Origin: Oceanispirochaeta sp.
Lineage (GTDB): Bacteria; Spirochaetota; Spirochaetia; DSM-2461
NCBI GenBank assembly: GCA_963663385.2
Contig: CAXXXD010000002.1
Span: 1,664,001 to 1,728,000 of the forward strand
Reading direction: 5' to 3'
DNA: 64,000 nucleotides
In this document: piece after piece, positions 40,422 through 50,801 of the stretch
Position numbering within the stretch: position 1 is the stretch's first letter
Layout: every line of letters starts with the position of its first letter
Position numbers and translations under genes: made by a program
The notes under the pieces: model-generated
The model's input: the letters and a program-made list of their open reading frames with translations, nothing else
Databases searched by the model: none
What the model was told of the DNA's origin: nothing

Positions 40422-40533
40422 ATGTTTATCAGGTAAAGGTTTACGTAAAATAAAAAGATTACATGTGTTTTGTGTGGAAATTGTGTGAAGAAAGAGTCAT
40501 ATTATAACATATCCGCTTCAAAAAGGACATTTA

Positions 40534-41163
40534 ATGCAGAGCAATATAATTGATATGTTTTCTAGCGATCATACGGAAAAATACCTCTACAACTCTCTGT
40601 CTGACAAAATCCGCTACACCGTATCCTGCCAGGACTTCTCTCCTGTTATTTCAGCCCGGAATGTCCGGGAAAACAGGACCCTTCAGATGGACCTGATAGA
40701 CTCGCTTGTCAAAAGGGCCGATAACGAAATCAGTCTCCTGTTCACGGTTGATTGCCCTTTTCTGGGGAAGTTTGAGAAAGTTCTTCGAATTATCTACCGT
40801 TTAACCCGGTTTAATCCCGAGCTTATCCTCATTTTACAGAATCTGATGTGTGAGAATGATACGGAACGTCCCGCTTGCGAAGCTGCAGGGGGCTGTTCCT
40901 TTCTGCAGCTGAACACTATCATCAGCAGGGTTCTGAAGGAGCAGGCGCAGAAAGACGGTGTTATCCGGGAAGAAGGGGGGATGGAACATCTGATCTTTTT
41001 TCTGCTGGAGGAAGTAATCAAACGCTTCGAGTGTGAATTGATCTTCTGCTGTGAGGATCTGATCGAGAACAGAAATGCGTCAGGGTTCCCCAGTGAGGAA
41101 GATATGATAGACCGGTTTTTCAAGCCCATAGCCGATCAGCTTGGCAGTCTGGAAGCATCCTGA
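40534..41163 (+). CDS. Hypothetical protein
   Basis: 209-aa ORF with AAGGA SD filling the gap; no family recognised. Confidence 0.6.
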   Translation: MQSNIIDMFSSDHTEKYLYNSLSDKIRYTVSCQDFSPVISARNVRENRTLQMDLIDSLVKRADNEISLLFTVDCPFLGKFEKVLRIIYRLTRFNPELILILQNLMCENDTERPACEAAGGCSFLQLNTIISRVLKEQAQKDGVIREEGGMEHLIFFLLEEVIKRFECELIFCCEDLIENRNASGFPSEEDMIDRFFKPIADQLGSLEAS

Positions 41164-41224
41164 ACATTTTTTCACTTTTCCTGCACCTTTACAAAAACGG
41201 AGACAGCTTCTATCATTTCTCCCT

Positions 41225-43021
41225 ATGAGCGCCAAAAAGTCAGAATACGATGAAAGTAAAATAAAAACCCTCAGTTCCCTGGAACATATACGCCTCCGTT
41301 CCGGTATGTATATCGGCCGGCTGGGAAACGGATCCAACCCGGATGACGGTATATATATTCTTATTAAAGAAGTAGTCGATAACGCCATTGATGAATTCAT
41401 CATGAGCTTTGGCAACCGCATCGACATTACTGTTGAAGAGAATAAAGTACAGGTACGGGATCAGGGACGCGGTATTCCCCTGGGTAAGATTGTGGACTGT
41501 GTTTCCATCATTAATACGGGAGCGAAATACAACGATGATGTATTTCAGTTCAGTGTAGGTTTGAACGGAGTGGGTACAAAAGCTGTAAATGCCCTCTCTT
41601 CCCACTTCCTTGTCCGGGCCTTCCGGGACGGCAAATATGCAGAGGCCTACTTTCAGCAGGGAAAACTTATAAAAGAAAAAAAAGGAAGCGCTCCGGACGA
41701 ACCGAACGGAACATTCGTGGAATTTATCCCGGATGTTGAAATCTTCGGGGAGTACGCTTTCAATCCGGAATTCCTTGAACAGCGGTGCTGGAACTACGCC
41801 TGTCTGAACAGGGGGCTCAGGCTCTACTTCAATAAACAGAAGTTTGAGTCGAAAAAAGGGCTATGGGATCTGCTAAATGCCGAAGTGGGGGATACGACCC
41901 TCTATGAAATAGGGTATTATAACACGGATAAAATCGAGTGTGCCTTTACCCATACCAATACCTACGGAGAGAGTTATTTCTCCTTTGTTAACGGCCAGTT
42001 CACATCCGACGGGGGAACACACCTCAGCGCCTACCGGGAAGGCCTTTTGAAGGGGGTTAACGACTTCTTTAAAAAGAACTACTCCGGAACGGATGTCCGG
42101 GAAGGTATGGCCGGCGCCATAGCTGTAAAAATCAAAGAACCTGTTTTTGAGAGTCAGACAAAAAACAAACTGGGAAACTCGGATATCCGGGGCTGGATTG
42201 TCAATGAGACCAAAGCGGGGATTGTCGATTTTCTGCATAAGAATAAGGAAGCCGCCAGGGCCATGGAAAACAAGATCATGACCAACGAAAAGCTCCGGAA
42301 AGAGCTCAATGCGGTCAAGAAAGAGGCCAAGGCGGCAGCCAAGAAAATCTCCCTTAATATACCCAAGCTGAAGGACTGCAAGTTCCACAGACAGGACGGT
42401 CCGAAGGGGGAGGGATCCACCATCTTTATTACCGAGGGACAGTCGGCAACCGGATCAATGGTATCCTGCCGGGATGTCTACCTTCAGGCTATCTACTCCC
42501 TGCGCGGTAAACCCTGGAATACATTCGGGAAAAGACAGACCGAGATATACAGGAATGAAGAACTTTTCAATCTGATGATGGCCCTGGGTATTGAAAACTC
42601 CATCGAGGATCTCCGGTACGATAGAATCGTTCTGGCCACCGATGCCGATACGGACGGTTTTCATATACGGAACCTGCTGCTCACCTTTTTTCTGAACTAT
42701 TTTGAAGATCTTGTTCTGGCCGAACATGTCTATATTCTGGAAACCCCCCTTTTCCGGGTTCGGAACAAGAAGCAGACTGTCTACTGCTACAACGAGAAGG
42801 AACGGGATGACGCCATGCGGGCCATCAGGGGGCCGGAAGTAACCCGCTTCAAGGGACTTGGTGAAATTTCACCCAAGGAGTTCGGTCAGTTTATCGGGGA
42901 GGATATGCGGATAGTTCCCGTGGATATCAAATCCATGAAGGATGTCAGCGGGATTCTGGAATTCTATATGGGTAAAAACACACCGACCAGGCGTCAATAT
43001 ATTATGGAGAACCTTGTCTGA
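41225..43021 (+). CDS. parE: DNA topoisomerase IV subunit B
   Basis: EHIRLRSGMYIG, EVVDNAIDE, GLNGVG, TOPRIM ITEGQSA / TDADTDG; ATG 41225 preferred over the track start at 41141. Confidence 0.88.
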   Translation: MSAKKSEYDESKIKTLSSLEHIRLRSGMYIGRLGNGSNPDDGIYILIKEVVDNAIDEFIMSFGNRIDITVEENKVQVRDQGRGIPLGKIVDCVSIINTGAKYNDDVFQFSVGLNGVGTKAVNALSSHFLVRAFRDGKYAEAYFQQGKLIKEKKGSAPDEPNGTFVEFIPDVEIFGEYAFNPEFLEQRCWNYACLNRGLRLYFNKQKFESKKGLWDLLNAEVGDTTLYEIGYYNTDKIECAFTHTNTYGESYFSFVNGQFTSDGGTHLSAYREGLLKGVNDFFKKNYSGTDVREGMAGAIAVKIKEPVFESQTKNKLGNSDIRGWIVNETKAGIVDFLHKNKEAARAMENKIMTNEKLRKELNAVKKEAKAAAKKISLNIPKLKDCKFHRQDGPKGEGSTIFITEGQSATGSMVSCRDVYLQAIYSLRGKPWNTFGKRQTEIYRNEELFNLMMALGIENSIEDLRYDRIVLATDADTDGFHIRNLLLTFFLNYFEDLVLAEHVYILETPLFRVRNKKQTVYCYNEKERDDAMRAIRGPEVTRFKGLGEISPKEFGQFIGEDMRIVPVDIKSMKDVSGILEFYMGKNTPTRRQYIMENLV

Positions 43022-44955
43022 TGGCATATATAAATAAAATTTTCGATACAAACTTCATTGAATACGCATCCTATGTTATCAAGGACAGGGCCATTCCGCA
43101 TCTGAATGACGGACTTAAACCGGTACAGCGCCGAATCATGCAGTCCCTTTTCGATACGGACGACGGAAAATTCAACAAGGTAGCCAATGTGGTAGGCCAC
43201 TGTATGCAGTACCATCCTCACGGTGATGCCTCAATTTACGGCGCTCTTGTCAATCTGGCCAATAAGGACCTCTTCATTGATAAACAGGGAAACTTCGGTA
43301 ATATCTTTACGGGAGACCCTGCCTCGGCTGCCCGGTATATTGAATGCCGGATGCTGCCTTTTGCCAAGGAAGTTCTTTATAATCCCGAGATTACCGAATT
43401 TGAAGACTCCTATGACGGCCGGCGTCAGGAGCCTGTAACCTTTCCCAGTAAACTTCCTCTTCCCCTGATTCTGGGGGCGGAAGGTATCGCCGTCGGTATG
43501 TCTACCCGAATCCTTCCCCATAATCTTATAGAAGTTATTGAAGCGGAGAAGGCCTGTCTGAGGGGTGAGGAATTTGAACTCTACCCGGATTTCCCGACCA
43601 GTGGCCTGGTGGATGTTTCCGACTACAGGGAAGGAAACGGGAAGGTCCTGTCCCGGGCCCGTCTGGACACTTCAGATCCTAAAAAAATAACCATAACCGA
43701 GCTCCCTTTCGGTACAACCACAGAAACCCTTATTGCCTCCATTGAGAATGCCGCCCGTAAAAACAAGATCAAGATAGGCGGCATTAACGATTTTACTACA
43801 GATCAGGTTGAAATTGAGATAAAGCTCCCCCGCGGGGTGCATACAAAGGATGTTCTGGAAGGACTTTATGCCTTTACGGACTGCGAGGTTTCCATCTCGG
43901 TGAATCTCCTGCTGATAAAGGATCATAACCCTGTACAGATGACAGTTCCCGAAGTGATCCGCTATCATGCGGATCAGCTGGTTCTTATTCTGAAGAAGGA
44001 GCTGGAACTGGAGGAGGGGCAGCTTCTGGACAGGCTCCATGCCCGGAATCTGGAGCGGATCTTTATAGAAGAGAGAATCTATAAGCGGATTGAAGAGATG
44101 AAAACTCCCGAATCAATCATTCTGGCGGTCCGGGACGGGTTCAAGCCCTTTCTGGAAGAAATCAAAAGGGATATCACCGAAGAGGATATTGATCGTCTTC
44201 TTAAAATCCCCATCAGGAGAATTTCCCTTTACGATATCCAGAAAATGAAAAAGGAGATGGACGAGATCAGGGCCCGTATCGGGGAGATCCGGAAGCACCT
44301 GAAAAATATCATTGCCTATGCCATCTCCAATCTGGACGGTTTTCTGGAAAAACAGGGAAAGAAACATCAGCGGAAAACGGAACTGATGGCAATAGAAAAA
44401 GTCGATATCCGTGATGCCGCGCAGAAAAACCTGAAAATCCGTTACAACAAGGATACCGGGTATATCGGGTCCGATGTTTCTTCGGGTGTTGTTATGTGCG
44501 ATGCCTCGGTGTACGATCGTATTCTGGTTATCCGCAAGGACTGTACCTACCAGATTATGGATGTGCCCGATAAGTTTTTTATCGGCAAAGGACTCCTCTA
44601 CTGCGGACTCACCGACAAGGAGACCCTGGAAAATACGGTATTCTCTGTGGTCTTCCGGAATATGGAGAACGGATACCCCTATATCAAGCGCTGCAGAATA
44701 ACCCAGTTTATTTTGAATAAAGTCTATGATCTGCTGCCTGAGAACTCCCAGTTTGTCAGGTTTACAACCAAAACAGATGTATCTGTTGTGGTGGACTTCA
44801 AACAGAAGACCCTGATCAGAACAGGGGCGGATACATTCCCCGTTGATGACTATCTTGTGAAAGGGGTGAAAGCCCAGGGCGTACGGATCAAACCGAAGGA
44901 ATTTACCAGTGCCAGATTTATCAAAACTGCGACTATCGAGAAAAAAGAGAATTAG
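43021..44955 (+). CDS. parC: DNA topoisomerase IV subunit A
   Basis: DGLKPVQRR, YHPHGDASI, AARYIE; short C-terminal domain with no GyrA box seen. Confidence 0.88.
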   Translation: MAYINKIFDTNFIEYASYVIKDRAIPHLNDGLKPVQRRIMQSLFDTDDGKFNKVANVVGHCMQYHPHGDASIYGALVNLANKDLFIDKQGNFGNIFTGDPASAARYIECRMLPFAKEVLYNPEITEFEDSYDGRRQEPVTFPSKLPLPLILGAEGIAVGMSTRILPHNLIEVIEAEKACLRGEEFELYPDFPTSGLVDVSDYREGNGKVLSRARLDTSDPKKITITELPFGTTTETLIASIENAARKNKIKIGGINDFTTDQVEIEIKLPRGVHTKDVLEGLYAFTDCEVSISVNLLLIKDHNPVQMTVPEVIRYHADQLVLILKKELELEEGQLLDRLHARNLERIFIEERIYKRIEEMKTPESIILAVRDGFKPFLEEIKRDITEEDIDRLLKIPIRRISLYDIQKMKKEMDEIRARIGEIRKHLKNIIAYAISNLDGFLEKQGKKHQRKTELMAIEKVDIRDAAQKNLKIRYNKDTGYIGSDVSSGVVMCDASVYDRILVIRKDCTYQIMDVPDKFFIGKGLLYCGLTDKETLENTVFSVVFRNMENGYPYIKRCRITQFILNKVYDLLPENSQFVRFTTKTDVSVVVDFKQKTLIRTGADTFPVDDYLVKGVKAQGVRIKPKEFTSARFIKTATIEKKEN

Positions 44956-46177
44956 ACCTTCTCTACCTCTACCTCTGCTGTTTCTTCTGTTGGCCGCCCC
45001 GGTACTGGCCGCTCAGGAAGGGGTTGTATTTTCATTCGATCCGGGAGAAAAATACCGTGTTATAGAAAAATTCAACCTCAGTCAGTACCGGGACGGCCGT
45101 TATACGGGCCATGTGTACAGGGAGAACAGGGGCATTTATGATGCCGAGCCTGCAGGATCCGGCCTCTATAAAATAAGCGGTACCGTTTTTGAACTTCAGG
45201 AGACGGCAAAGGACGGATTCAAGGTTGCAGCAGCCCTGCATGGGCAGAGTGATACGGAGTATACCGCCAGCGACAGAGGTTTTATGCTGGTTTCCGGAAC
45301 AGACTGGCCCCGGTTGAGGAGTTTTCCCACTTTCCCGGAAGAGGCGGTTTTCCCCGGGGATAAATGGGAAGCCGGGCTTGAGATGGTTGTCAGCTCTCCC
45401 GACGGTCTTCAGAAAGCGGTCCTGCCCCTTTATTGTGAGTATACCTTCAAAGGCAGTGATGTCTGGGAAGGACGACCCGTCTATGTGATCCAGGCCCAGT
45501 ATGCCGCCCGTTACAGACAGGGGCGGTCCCGGGAGGCGGACTCTTTTCTGAAAAATCTGAGCGGGAAGCATGTCGTCTCTCTTCTGATAGATCAGGAGAC
45601 AAGGGAATTCCTTTTGATGAAGGATCTGATGGAGGAGGAGTATCTCTATACGGACGGTTCCACCCGCAGGGAGAAAGGTTTTCTCCTGACGTTCTATAAG
45701 GGAATTGCCCTGCTGGACAGAACGGGACTGAGCCGTCAGGTGGAAGCCACCCTGGCGGATAACCTTAAAGAGACCTATGAAGAGCGGGGGGAAGACTGGA
45801 AGGAGCAGGTTACACTGGAAGAAAGAGAGGAGGGGCTGGCCCTGAATCTGAACAACCTTCATTTTCTGCCCGATCAGGCTGTGCTCCTGCCTGAGGATAT
45901 CCCCCTTCTGGATACCCTGGCGGATATACTGAAAACCGTGCCGGACAGGACCTTCCTGGTCAAGGGGCATACCGCAGATATCGGAAGCCTGGAATCCCAG
46001 ATCTATCTTTCCCAGGTCAGGTCAAAAACCATCGTGGATGAACTGACAGCCCGGGGGATAGACCCGGAAAGGTTCCTGTATTCCGGGGTGGGAGGACTGG
46101 AACCGGTGGGGGACAACAGTACCGATGAAGGCCGTAAAATGAACCGGCGGGTGGAAATCCTCATCCTGGAAGACTAA
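44909..46177 (+). CDS. OmpA-domain exported protein (start uncertain)
   Basis: Signal-like LLFLLLAAPVLA; C-terminal GHTAD...LS..R...NRRVEI. Confidence 0.85.
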   Translation: MPDLSKLRLSRKKRIRPSLPLPLLFLLLAAPVLAAQEGVVFSFDPGEKYRVIEKFNLSQYRDGRYTGHVYRENRGIYDAEPAGSGLYKISGTVFELQETAKDGFKVAAALHGQSDTEYTASDRGFMLVSGTDWPRLRSFPTFPEEAVFPGDKWEAGLEMVVSSPDGLQKAVLPLYCEYTFKGSDVWEGRPVYVIQAQYAARYRQGRSREADSFLKNLSGKHVVSLLIDQETREFLLMKDLMEEEYLYTDGSTRREKGFLLTFYKGIALLDRTGLSRQVEATLADNLKETYEERGEDWKEQVTLEEREEGLALNLNNLHFLPDQAVLLPEDIPLLDTLADILKTVPDRTFLVKGHTADIGSLESQIYLSQVRSKTIVDELTARGIDPERFLYSGVGGLEPVGDNSTDEGRKMNRRVEILILED

Positions 46178-46227
46178 TCCCCGGAATCGGGGCTTTTGCT
46201 TTTAAAAAAACCGGGTATAGTGTATTC

Positions 46228-47073
46228 TTGAAATTGATCATGACAGAACTACTAAATCTAGAACAAAAGCCCCTTGTTATGGGCATAATCAACTGCACAC
46301 CAGACTCATTTTTCAGCGGCAGCCGTAATGAGGTTCCGGGTGAGGCGCTTCTTACGGCATCCCGGATGATAGGTGAGGGAGCCCGGATCCTTGATGTGGG
46401 GGGGGAATCCACCCGGCCCGGGTCATCCTATGTCAGTCTGGAAGAGGAGATTCAAAGGGTTATCCCCGTTGTGGAGGCTATTCGAAGCCTTCCTGCAGCG
46501 GAGGGTATTCTTATTTCCGTAGATACCCGGAAAAGGGCCGTGGCCGAAGCGGCTCTCGATGCCGGGGCGGATATTATTAATGATATTTCCGCTCTCAGGG
46601 ATGATCCGGATATGCTCCCCCTGGTGGTAGAGCGGGACTGTCCCGTATGCATCATGCATATGCAGGGGACTCCCGAGAATATGCAGATTAACCCCGATTA
46701 TTCTGATGTGGTGGAGGAGGTTAGGCGCTTCCTGCTTGATACAGCGGAAAAAGCCGTGGCAGCCGGAGCCGAACCCTCCCGTATTATCCTTGATCCGGGC
46801 ATCGGTTTCGGAAAGAGGCAGGAGGATAACCTGGCTCTGATCAGGCATATCGATCAGTTTGCGAAAGAAGGGTATCCGGTTCTTATGGGACTGTCCCGAA
46901 AATCCTTTATCGGCAGGATCCTGAATGATGCGCCTCCGGAGGAGAGACTGATCGGATCCTTGACAGCTAACGGCTGGTGTGCCGCTAAAGGGGTCGACAT
47001 CCTGCGGGTTCACGATGTAAAGGAAACGGTGGATATGATCCGGGTTCTGAAGGAGATACAATGGACTGGCTGA
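46228..47073 (+). CDS. folP: Dihydropteroate synthase
   Basis: MGIINCTPDSF, DVGGESTRPG, DPGIGFGK, SRKSF, RVHDV. Confidence 0.97.
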   Translation: MKLIMTELLNLEQKPLVMGIINCTPDSFFSGSRNEVPGEALLTASRMIGEGARILDVGGESTRPGSSYVSLEEEIQRVIPVVEAIRSLPAAEGILISVDTRKRAVAEAALDAGADIINDISALRDDPDMLPLVVERDCPVCIMHMQGTPENMQINPDYSDVVEEVRRFLLDTAEKAVAAGAEPSRIILDPGIGFGKRQEDNLALIRHIDQFAKEGYPVLMGLSRKSFIGRILNDAPPEERLIGSLTANGWCAAKGVDILRVHDVKETVDMIRVLKEIQWTG

Positions 47074-47858
47074 CAGATACCTGGATTCTCAATGAGCTGA
47101 TCCGTCCTTTTATCGATATCGCTCTCCTGGCCTATCTTATCTATAAGGCTTACAGCATTATGGAAGAGACCCAGGCTATTCAGCTGCTGAAGGGTGCCTC
47201 CATACTGGCTCTCATCTACGTGGGTGCCTGGATACTTAAACTGAATACCCTGCTCTGGATACTGAATATGCTGGCCCCCGGTATCTTTATCGGTCTCGCC
47301 ATTGTGTTTCAGCCGGAACTGCGGAGTATTTTTACACGGATAGGACAGCGGGATCTTTTTAAAATACAATCGCGGAACCGTTCCCTCCAGATGGACTCCA
47401 TTATCGGAGCGGCTGAGGTCTTGTCGGGTAAACGCCGGGGTGCACTGATTGTCTTTTCGCGGAATGTGGGGTTGAAAAATATTATCGACACGGGAACCAA
47501 GCTGAACGCAGACCTTTCATCCAGTCTGATCATTACCATATTCGGGCATGATACGCCTCTGCATGACGGAGCTCTTGTGGTTCAGAACAGCAGAATCGTC
47601 GCAGCGGGGTGTTTTCTGCCCCTCTCCCGGCAGCCGGATATCCGGAGGAGCTTCGGTACCCGCCACAGGGCTGCTCTCGGTCTGGCGGAAGAAACCGATG
47701 CGGTTGTTCTGGTTGTATCAGAAGAGACCGGGGCTCTCTCTCTGGCTTATGATTCCCATATTTTCTATGCCCTGAGTATGGAGGAAGTGCGATACAGGCT
47801 CAGGCAGCTGCTTAATCTCAGGGAAGATGCACTGGAAGAAGCGGGAGGTCTGGGATGA
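47061..47858 (+). CDS. cdaA: Diadenylate cyclase CdaA
   Basis: Three TM helices, FQPELR, PLHDGA, GTRHRAA. Confidence 0.95.
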   Translation: MDWLTDTWILNELIRPFIDIALLAYLIYKAYSIMEETQAIQLLKGASILALIYVGAWILKLNTLLWILNMLAPGIFIGLAIVFQPELRSIFTRIGQRDLFKIQSRNRSLQMDSIIGAAEVLSGKRRGALIVFSRNVGLKNIIDTGTKLNADLSSSLIITIFGHDTPLHDGALVVQNSRIVAAGCFLPLSRQPDIRRSFGTRHRAALGLAEETDAVVLVVSEETGALSLAYDSHIFYALSMEEVRYRLRQLLNLREDALEEAGGLG

Positions 47859-48814
47859 GCCGGAACCAGTTCTTTCAGGGGTTCTTCAATAACTGGATGG
47901 CCAAGATAGTCTCCATACTTGCTGCGGTGCTACTTTCTGTGATGTATCAGATCAACACCCTGCAGGAGAGGGTTCTGAGTGTTCCCCTGACAATCATAAC
48001 GGATGAAAACTTTGCTGTAACAGGAGACTATCCAAAGAATGTCAGGGTCTCTCTGAGGGGATCCGAGGAGCAGATTTTTTCGGTACTGGATAATGATATC
48101 CGGGCCGTCGCGGATTTCAGTTCCTCCACCAGCGAAGGTTCCTACAGAGCCCCCGTTCAGATCCGTTTCAACAAGCAGTTTCCCCTTTCCGAGGAAACTC
48201 TTGAAATCCTGGTAGAACCGGGTGATATCACCATCTATCAGGAGGAGAATATCATCAGGAGCCTTGAAATTGTTCCGGTGCTGGTGGGATTCCCTCCCAA
48301 CGGATATGAACTGGTACAGTACTTCCTGTCGCCATCGTCCGTTATGGTACAGGGTCCCCGGAGTCAGATGGAATCCATAAATTCCATCAGTACGGAAGAG
48401 GTGGACCTGTCCAATCGTTATGATGATTTTTCCCTTTCCACGCGCCTTATTTCTCCGGGGGAGAATGTCTACTTTCCCGGTGGGGATATTGTGGAGATCC
48501 GGGGTGTTATAGACGAATCGATTATTGTTCAAACCCTGACGGAACAGCCTATTGTTACGGTCGATCTGGCTTCCAGCCTTTTTATTACAGAAGCACTGCC
48601 TGAGATCACTCTTACCATACAGGGGCCCCAGCTTCTTCTGGAAACACTCAGGCCCAGGGATTTCCACTTCTTTCTTGACTGTTCCAATATAGCGGTTCCG
48701 GGAACCTATACCCTTCCTATCCGGGCCGATGTACCCCCCGGGATAGCTGTATTGAAATATTTCCCCAGAGAGATCCCCATTACGTTTGATTTGAACAGGG
48801 AGGCAAAGGATTGA
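47855..48814 (+). CDS. cdaR: CdaR/YbbR-like regulator
   Basis: N-terminal TM plus YbbR-type repeats, directly after cdaA. Confidence 0.85.
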   Translation: MSRNQFFQGFFNNWMAKIVSILAAVLLSVMYQINTLQERVLSVPLTIITDENFAVTGDYPKNVRVSLRGSEEQIFSVLDNDIRAVADFSSSTSEGSYRAPVQIRFNKQFPLSEETLEILVEPGDITIYQEENIIRSLEIVPVLVGFPPNGYELVQYFLSPSSVMVQGPRSQMESINSISTEEVDLSNRYDDFSLSTRLISPGENVYFPGGDIVEIRGVIDESIIVQTLTEQPIVTVDLASSLFITEALPEITLTIQGPQLLLETLRPRDFHFFLDCSNIAVPGTYTLPIRADVPPGIAVLKYFPREIPITFDLNREAKD

Positions 48815-49185
48815 TCCTCGGAACAGGAATCGATATGGTTGTAATCGACAGAATACGGAAGTGGCTTGAGGATCCGGATCTGCTGGAGCGGTATTTCTCT
48901 GCAGATGAAATCCTGTATGTACAGAACCGCGGTAGAAGCGCTGCCGCCTCTCTTGCCGCCCGTTTTGCTGCGAAAGAGGCTTTCGGAAAAGCCCTGGGAC
49001 GGGGGCTGAAAGGGTTGGCTCTGAAGGATATCAGAGTATTTTCGGACAGTAGCGGCCGACCCGTGCTTCAGCTGGATGGCAGTGCGGAGAAGGCCCTGCG
49101 GGAAGCCGGCGGAAACCGGGTTCACCTGTCCCTGACTCATGACGGTTCCATGGCAATAGCACAGGTCATTATAGAGGGAGAGTGA
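48811..49185 (+). CDS. acpS: Holo-ACP synthase
   Basis: GTGIDMV, ARFAAKEAFGKALG, HLSLTHD. Confidence 0.96.
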   Translation: MILGTGIDMVVIDRIRKWLEDPDLLERYFSADEILYVQNRGRSAAASLAARFAAKEAFGKALGRGLKGLALKDIRVFSDSSGRPVLQLDGSAEKALREAGGNRVHLSLTHDGSMAIAQVIIEGE

Positions 49186-49186
49186 C

Positions 49187-50050
49187 ATGGCTGAAGAAAA
49201 AAAAGTAAAACTGACTTTCTACCAGAAACAGCCGACTGTCTGTCCCGTGTGCGATAATACCTTTCAGAAGGAGGATCTCCTCTCCGGCGGCGGCCGGATG
49301 AATGCGGGAGATCTGACAAAAGAACTGCACCGGGAGTACAGACCCACCGGCAAATTCGGTAAGGTTTTCCCCCTGCTGTATCCTGTTACCGTATGTCCTT
49401 CCTGTTTTTATGCGGCCTATCCCAGTGATTTCCCGAATGTGGACAGGGCGAGAATCGGCCGCCTCAAAGAAGAGATAGGGGAGAGGAAATCCGTTACAAA
49501 AAAGATCTTCCCCGGGCTGGATTTTCAGGAGAATCGGGGGCTTGCCGAAGGGATCGCCTCCTATATCCTGGGAATAATGTCCTATGAATCGGCATCCGCC
49601 GGTTGTGCTCCCACCCTGAAACAGGCTCTCTGCTGTATACGGGCCTCCTGGTTATCCATGGATTTCCATAAGGAGGAACCGGAGGAAAACTACGATTATC
49701 TGGCACATATCCTCTACAGGAAGGCAGGATACTTTTATAGAAGAGTTGTCGATCTTGAACAAAATGGAAAAGAATCGGTCGAGGGGATTCCCCATCTGGG
49801 GCCGGATATAGATAATAACTACGGTTTTGACGGTGTTATGTATCTGGCCGGTTACCTGGAATACAGGTACGGTCAGAGAGGAAATCCGGAACGCAGAGTG
49901 GCGCAGCTGAAAAAGGCGCGTTCCACTGTCTCCCGGATTGTGGGGATGGGCAAATCCTCCAAGTCGAAACCATCCGCTCTTTTGGATTTAGCGCGGGATC
50001 TGCATAAAGCGATTAAGGAAGAGTTGGATGAAATCGGATGCACAACGTAA
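49187..50050 (+). CDS. DUF2225-family protein
   Basis: CPVC...CPSCFYAA zinc motif; usual spirochaete position between acpS and truA. Confidence 0.8.
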   Translation: MAEEKKVKLTFYQKQPTVCPVCDNTFQKEDLLSGGGRMNAGDLTKELHREYRPTGKFGKVFPLLYPVTVCPSCFYAAYPSDFPNVDRARIGRLKEEIGERKSVTKKIFPGLDFQENRGLAEGIASYILGIMSYESASAGCAPTLKQALCCIRASWLSMDFHKEEPEENYDYLAHILYRKAGYFYRRVVDLEQNGKESVEGIPHLGPDIDNNYGFDGVMYLAGYLEYRYGQRGNPERRVAQLKKARSTVSRIVGMGKSSKSKPSALLDLARDLHKAIKEELDEIGCTT

Positions 50051-50801
50051 TATACGCCTGGATATTTCCTATGACGGAACGGACTTTCAGGGGTGGCAGA
50101 TTCAGAAAGAGGACCGTACGGTACAGGGGGAACTGGAGAAGGCTCTGGCCCGGCTCCATAACCATCCTGTCAATCTGACAGGTTCGGGACGTACGGATTC
50201 GGGGGTTCATGCCAGCAGGCAGGTTGCAAACTTCTACTCGGATCATCCCAGCATCCCGGATGAAAAATTCAGAGAGGCATTGAATTCTCTGCTGCCCCGT
50301 GATGTGAGGATTATGAAGAGTCAGGAGGTCCCCCGGGAATTCCACTCCCGTTTTGATGCCCGGTGCCGGGTGTATAAATACTATATTCTCAATGCGGATG
50401 CCGGAGAAGCTCATTTCCGGAACTTTTCCTACTTTACAAAGCCTCCTCTGGATGTGAACCGGCTGAATCGCCTGGCCGGGCCTTTGACCGGTACCCATGA
50501 TTTCACTTCTTTTGCGGCTGTAAGGGATATGAATGAGAATAAGGTCAGGAGGATCTTCAGTGCCCGTTTCCTGAGGGAAGGTCCGTTTATCGTTTTCCGG
50601 ATTGCCGGAAACGCCTTCCTGTGGCGAATGGTTCGAACCCTGGTGGGAACTCTGATGGAACTGGACAGTATTAAAGCCGGTCCGGAAGAGGTTAAAAGGA
50701 TCCTGGAAGGACGGGACCGGAATCTGGCGGGACCTGCGGCTCCGGCAAGGGGATTATTTCTTCATAAGGTGTTATATGAATCAGAAACAACAATATACTG
50801 A
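50028..50801 (+). CDS. truA: tRNA pseudouridine(38-40) synthase
   Basis: YDGTDFQGWQ, SGRTDSGVHA, FLWRMVR. Confidence 0.96.
   Translation: MKSDAQRNIRLDISYDGTDFQGWQIQKEDRTVQGELEKALARLHNHPVNLTGSGRTDSGVHASRQVANFYSDHPSIPDEKFREALNSLLPRDVRIMKSQEVPREFHSRFDARCRVYKYYILNADAGEAHFRNFSYFTKPPLDVNRLNRLAGPLTGTHDFTSFAAVRDMNENKVRRIFSARFLREGPFIVFRIAGNAFLWRMVRTLVGTLMELDSIKAGPEEVKRILEGRDRNLAGPAAPARGLFLHKVLYESETTIY

Noticed and set aside
41141..44955. Calling the topoisomerase pair gyrB/gyrA
   Set aside because: Short A subunit with no GyrA box seen and a divergent B subunit fit the spirochaete ParE/ParC type better; phylogeny would settle it.
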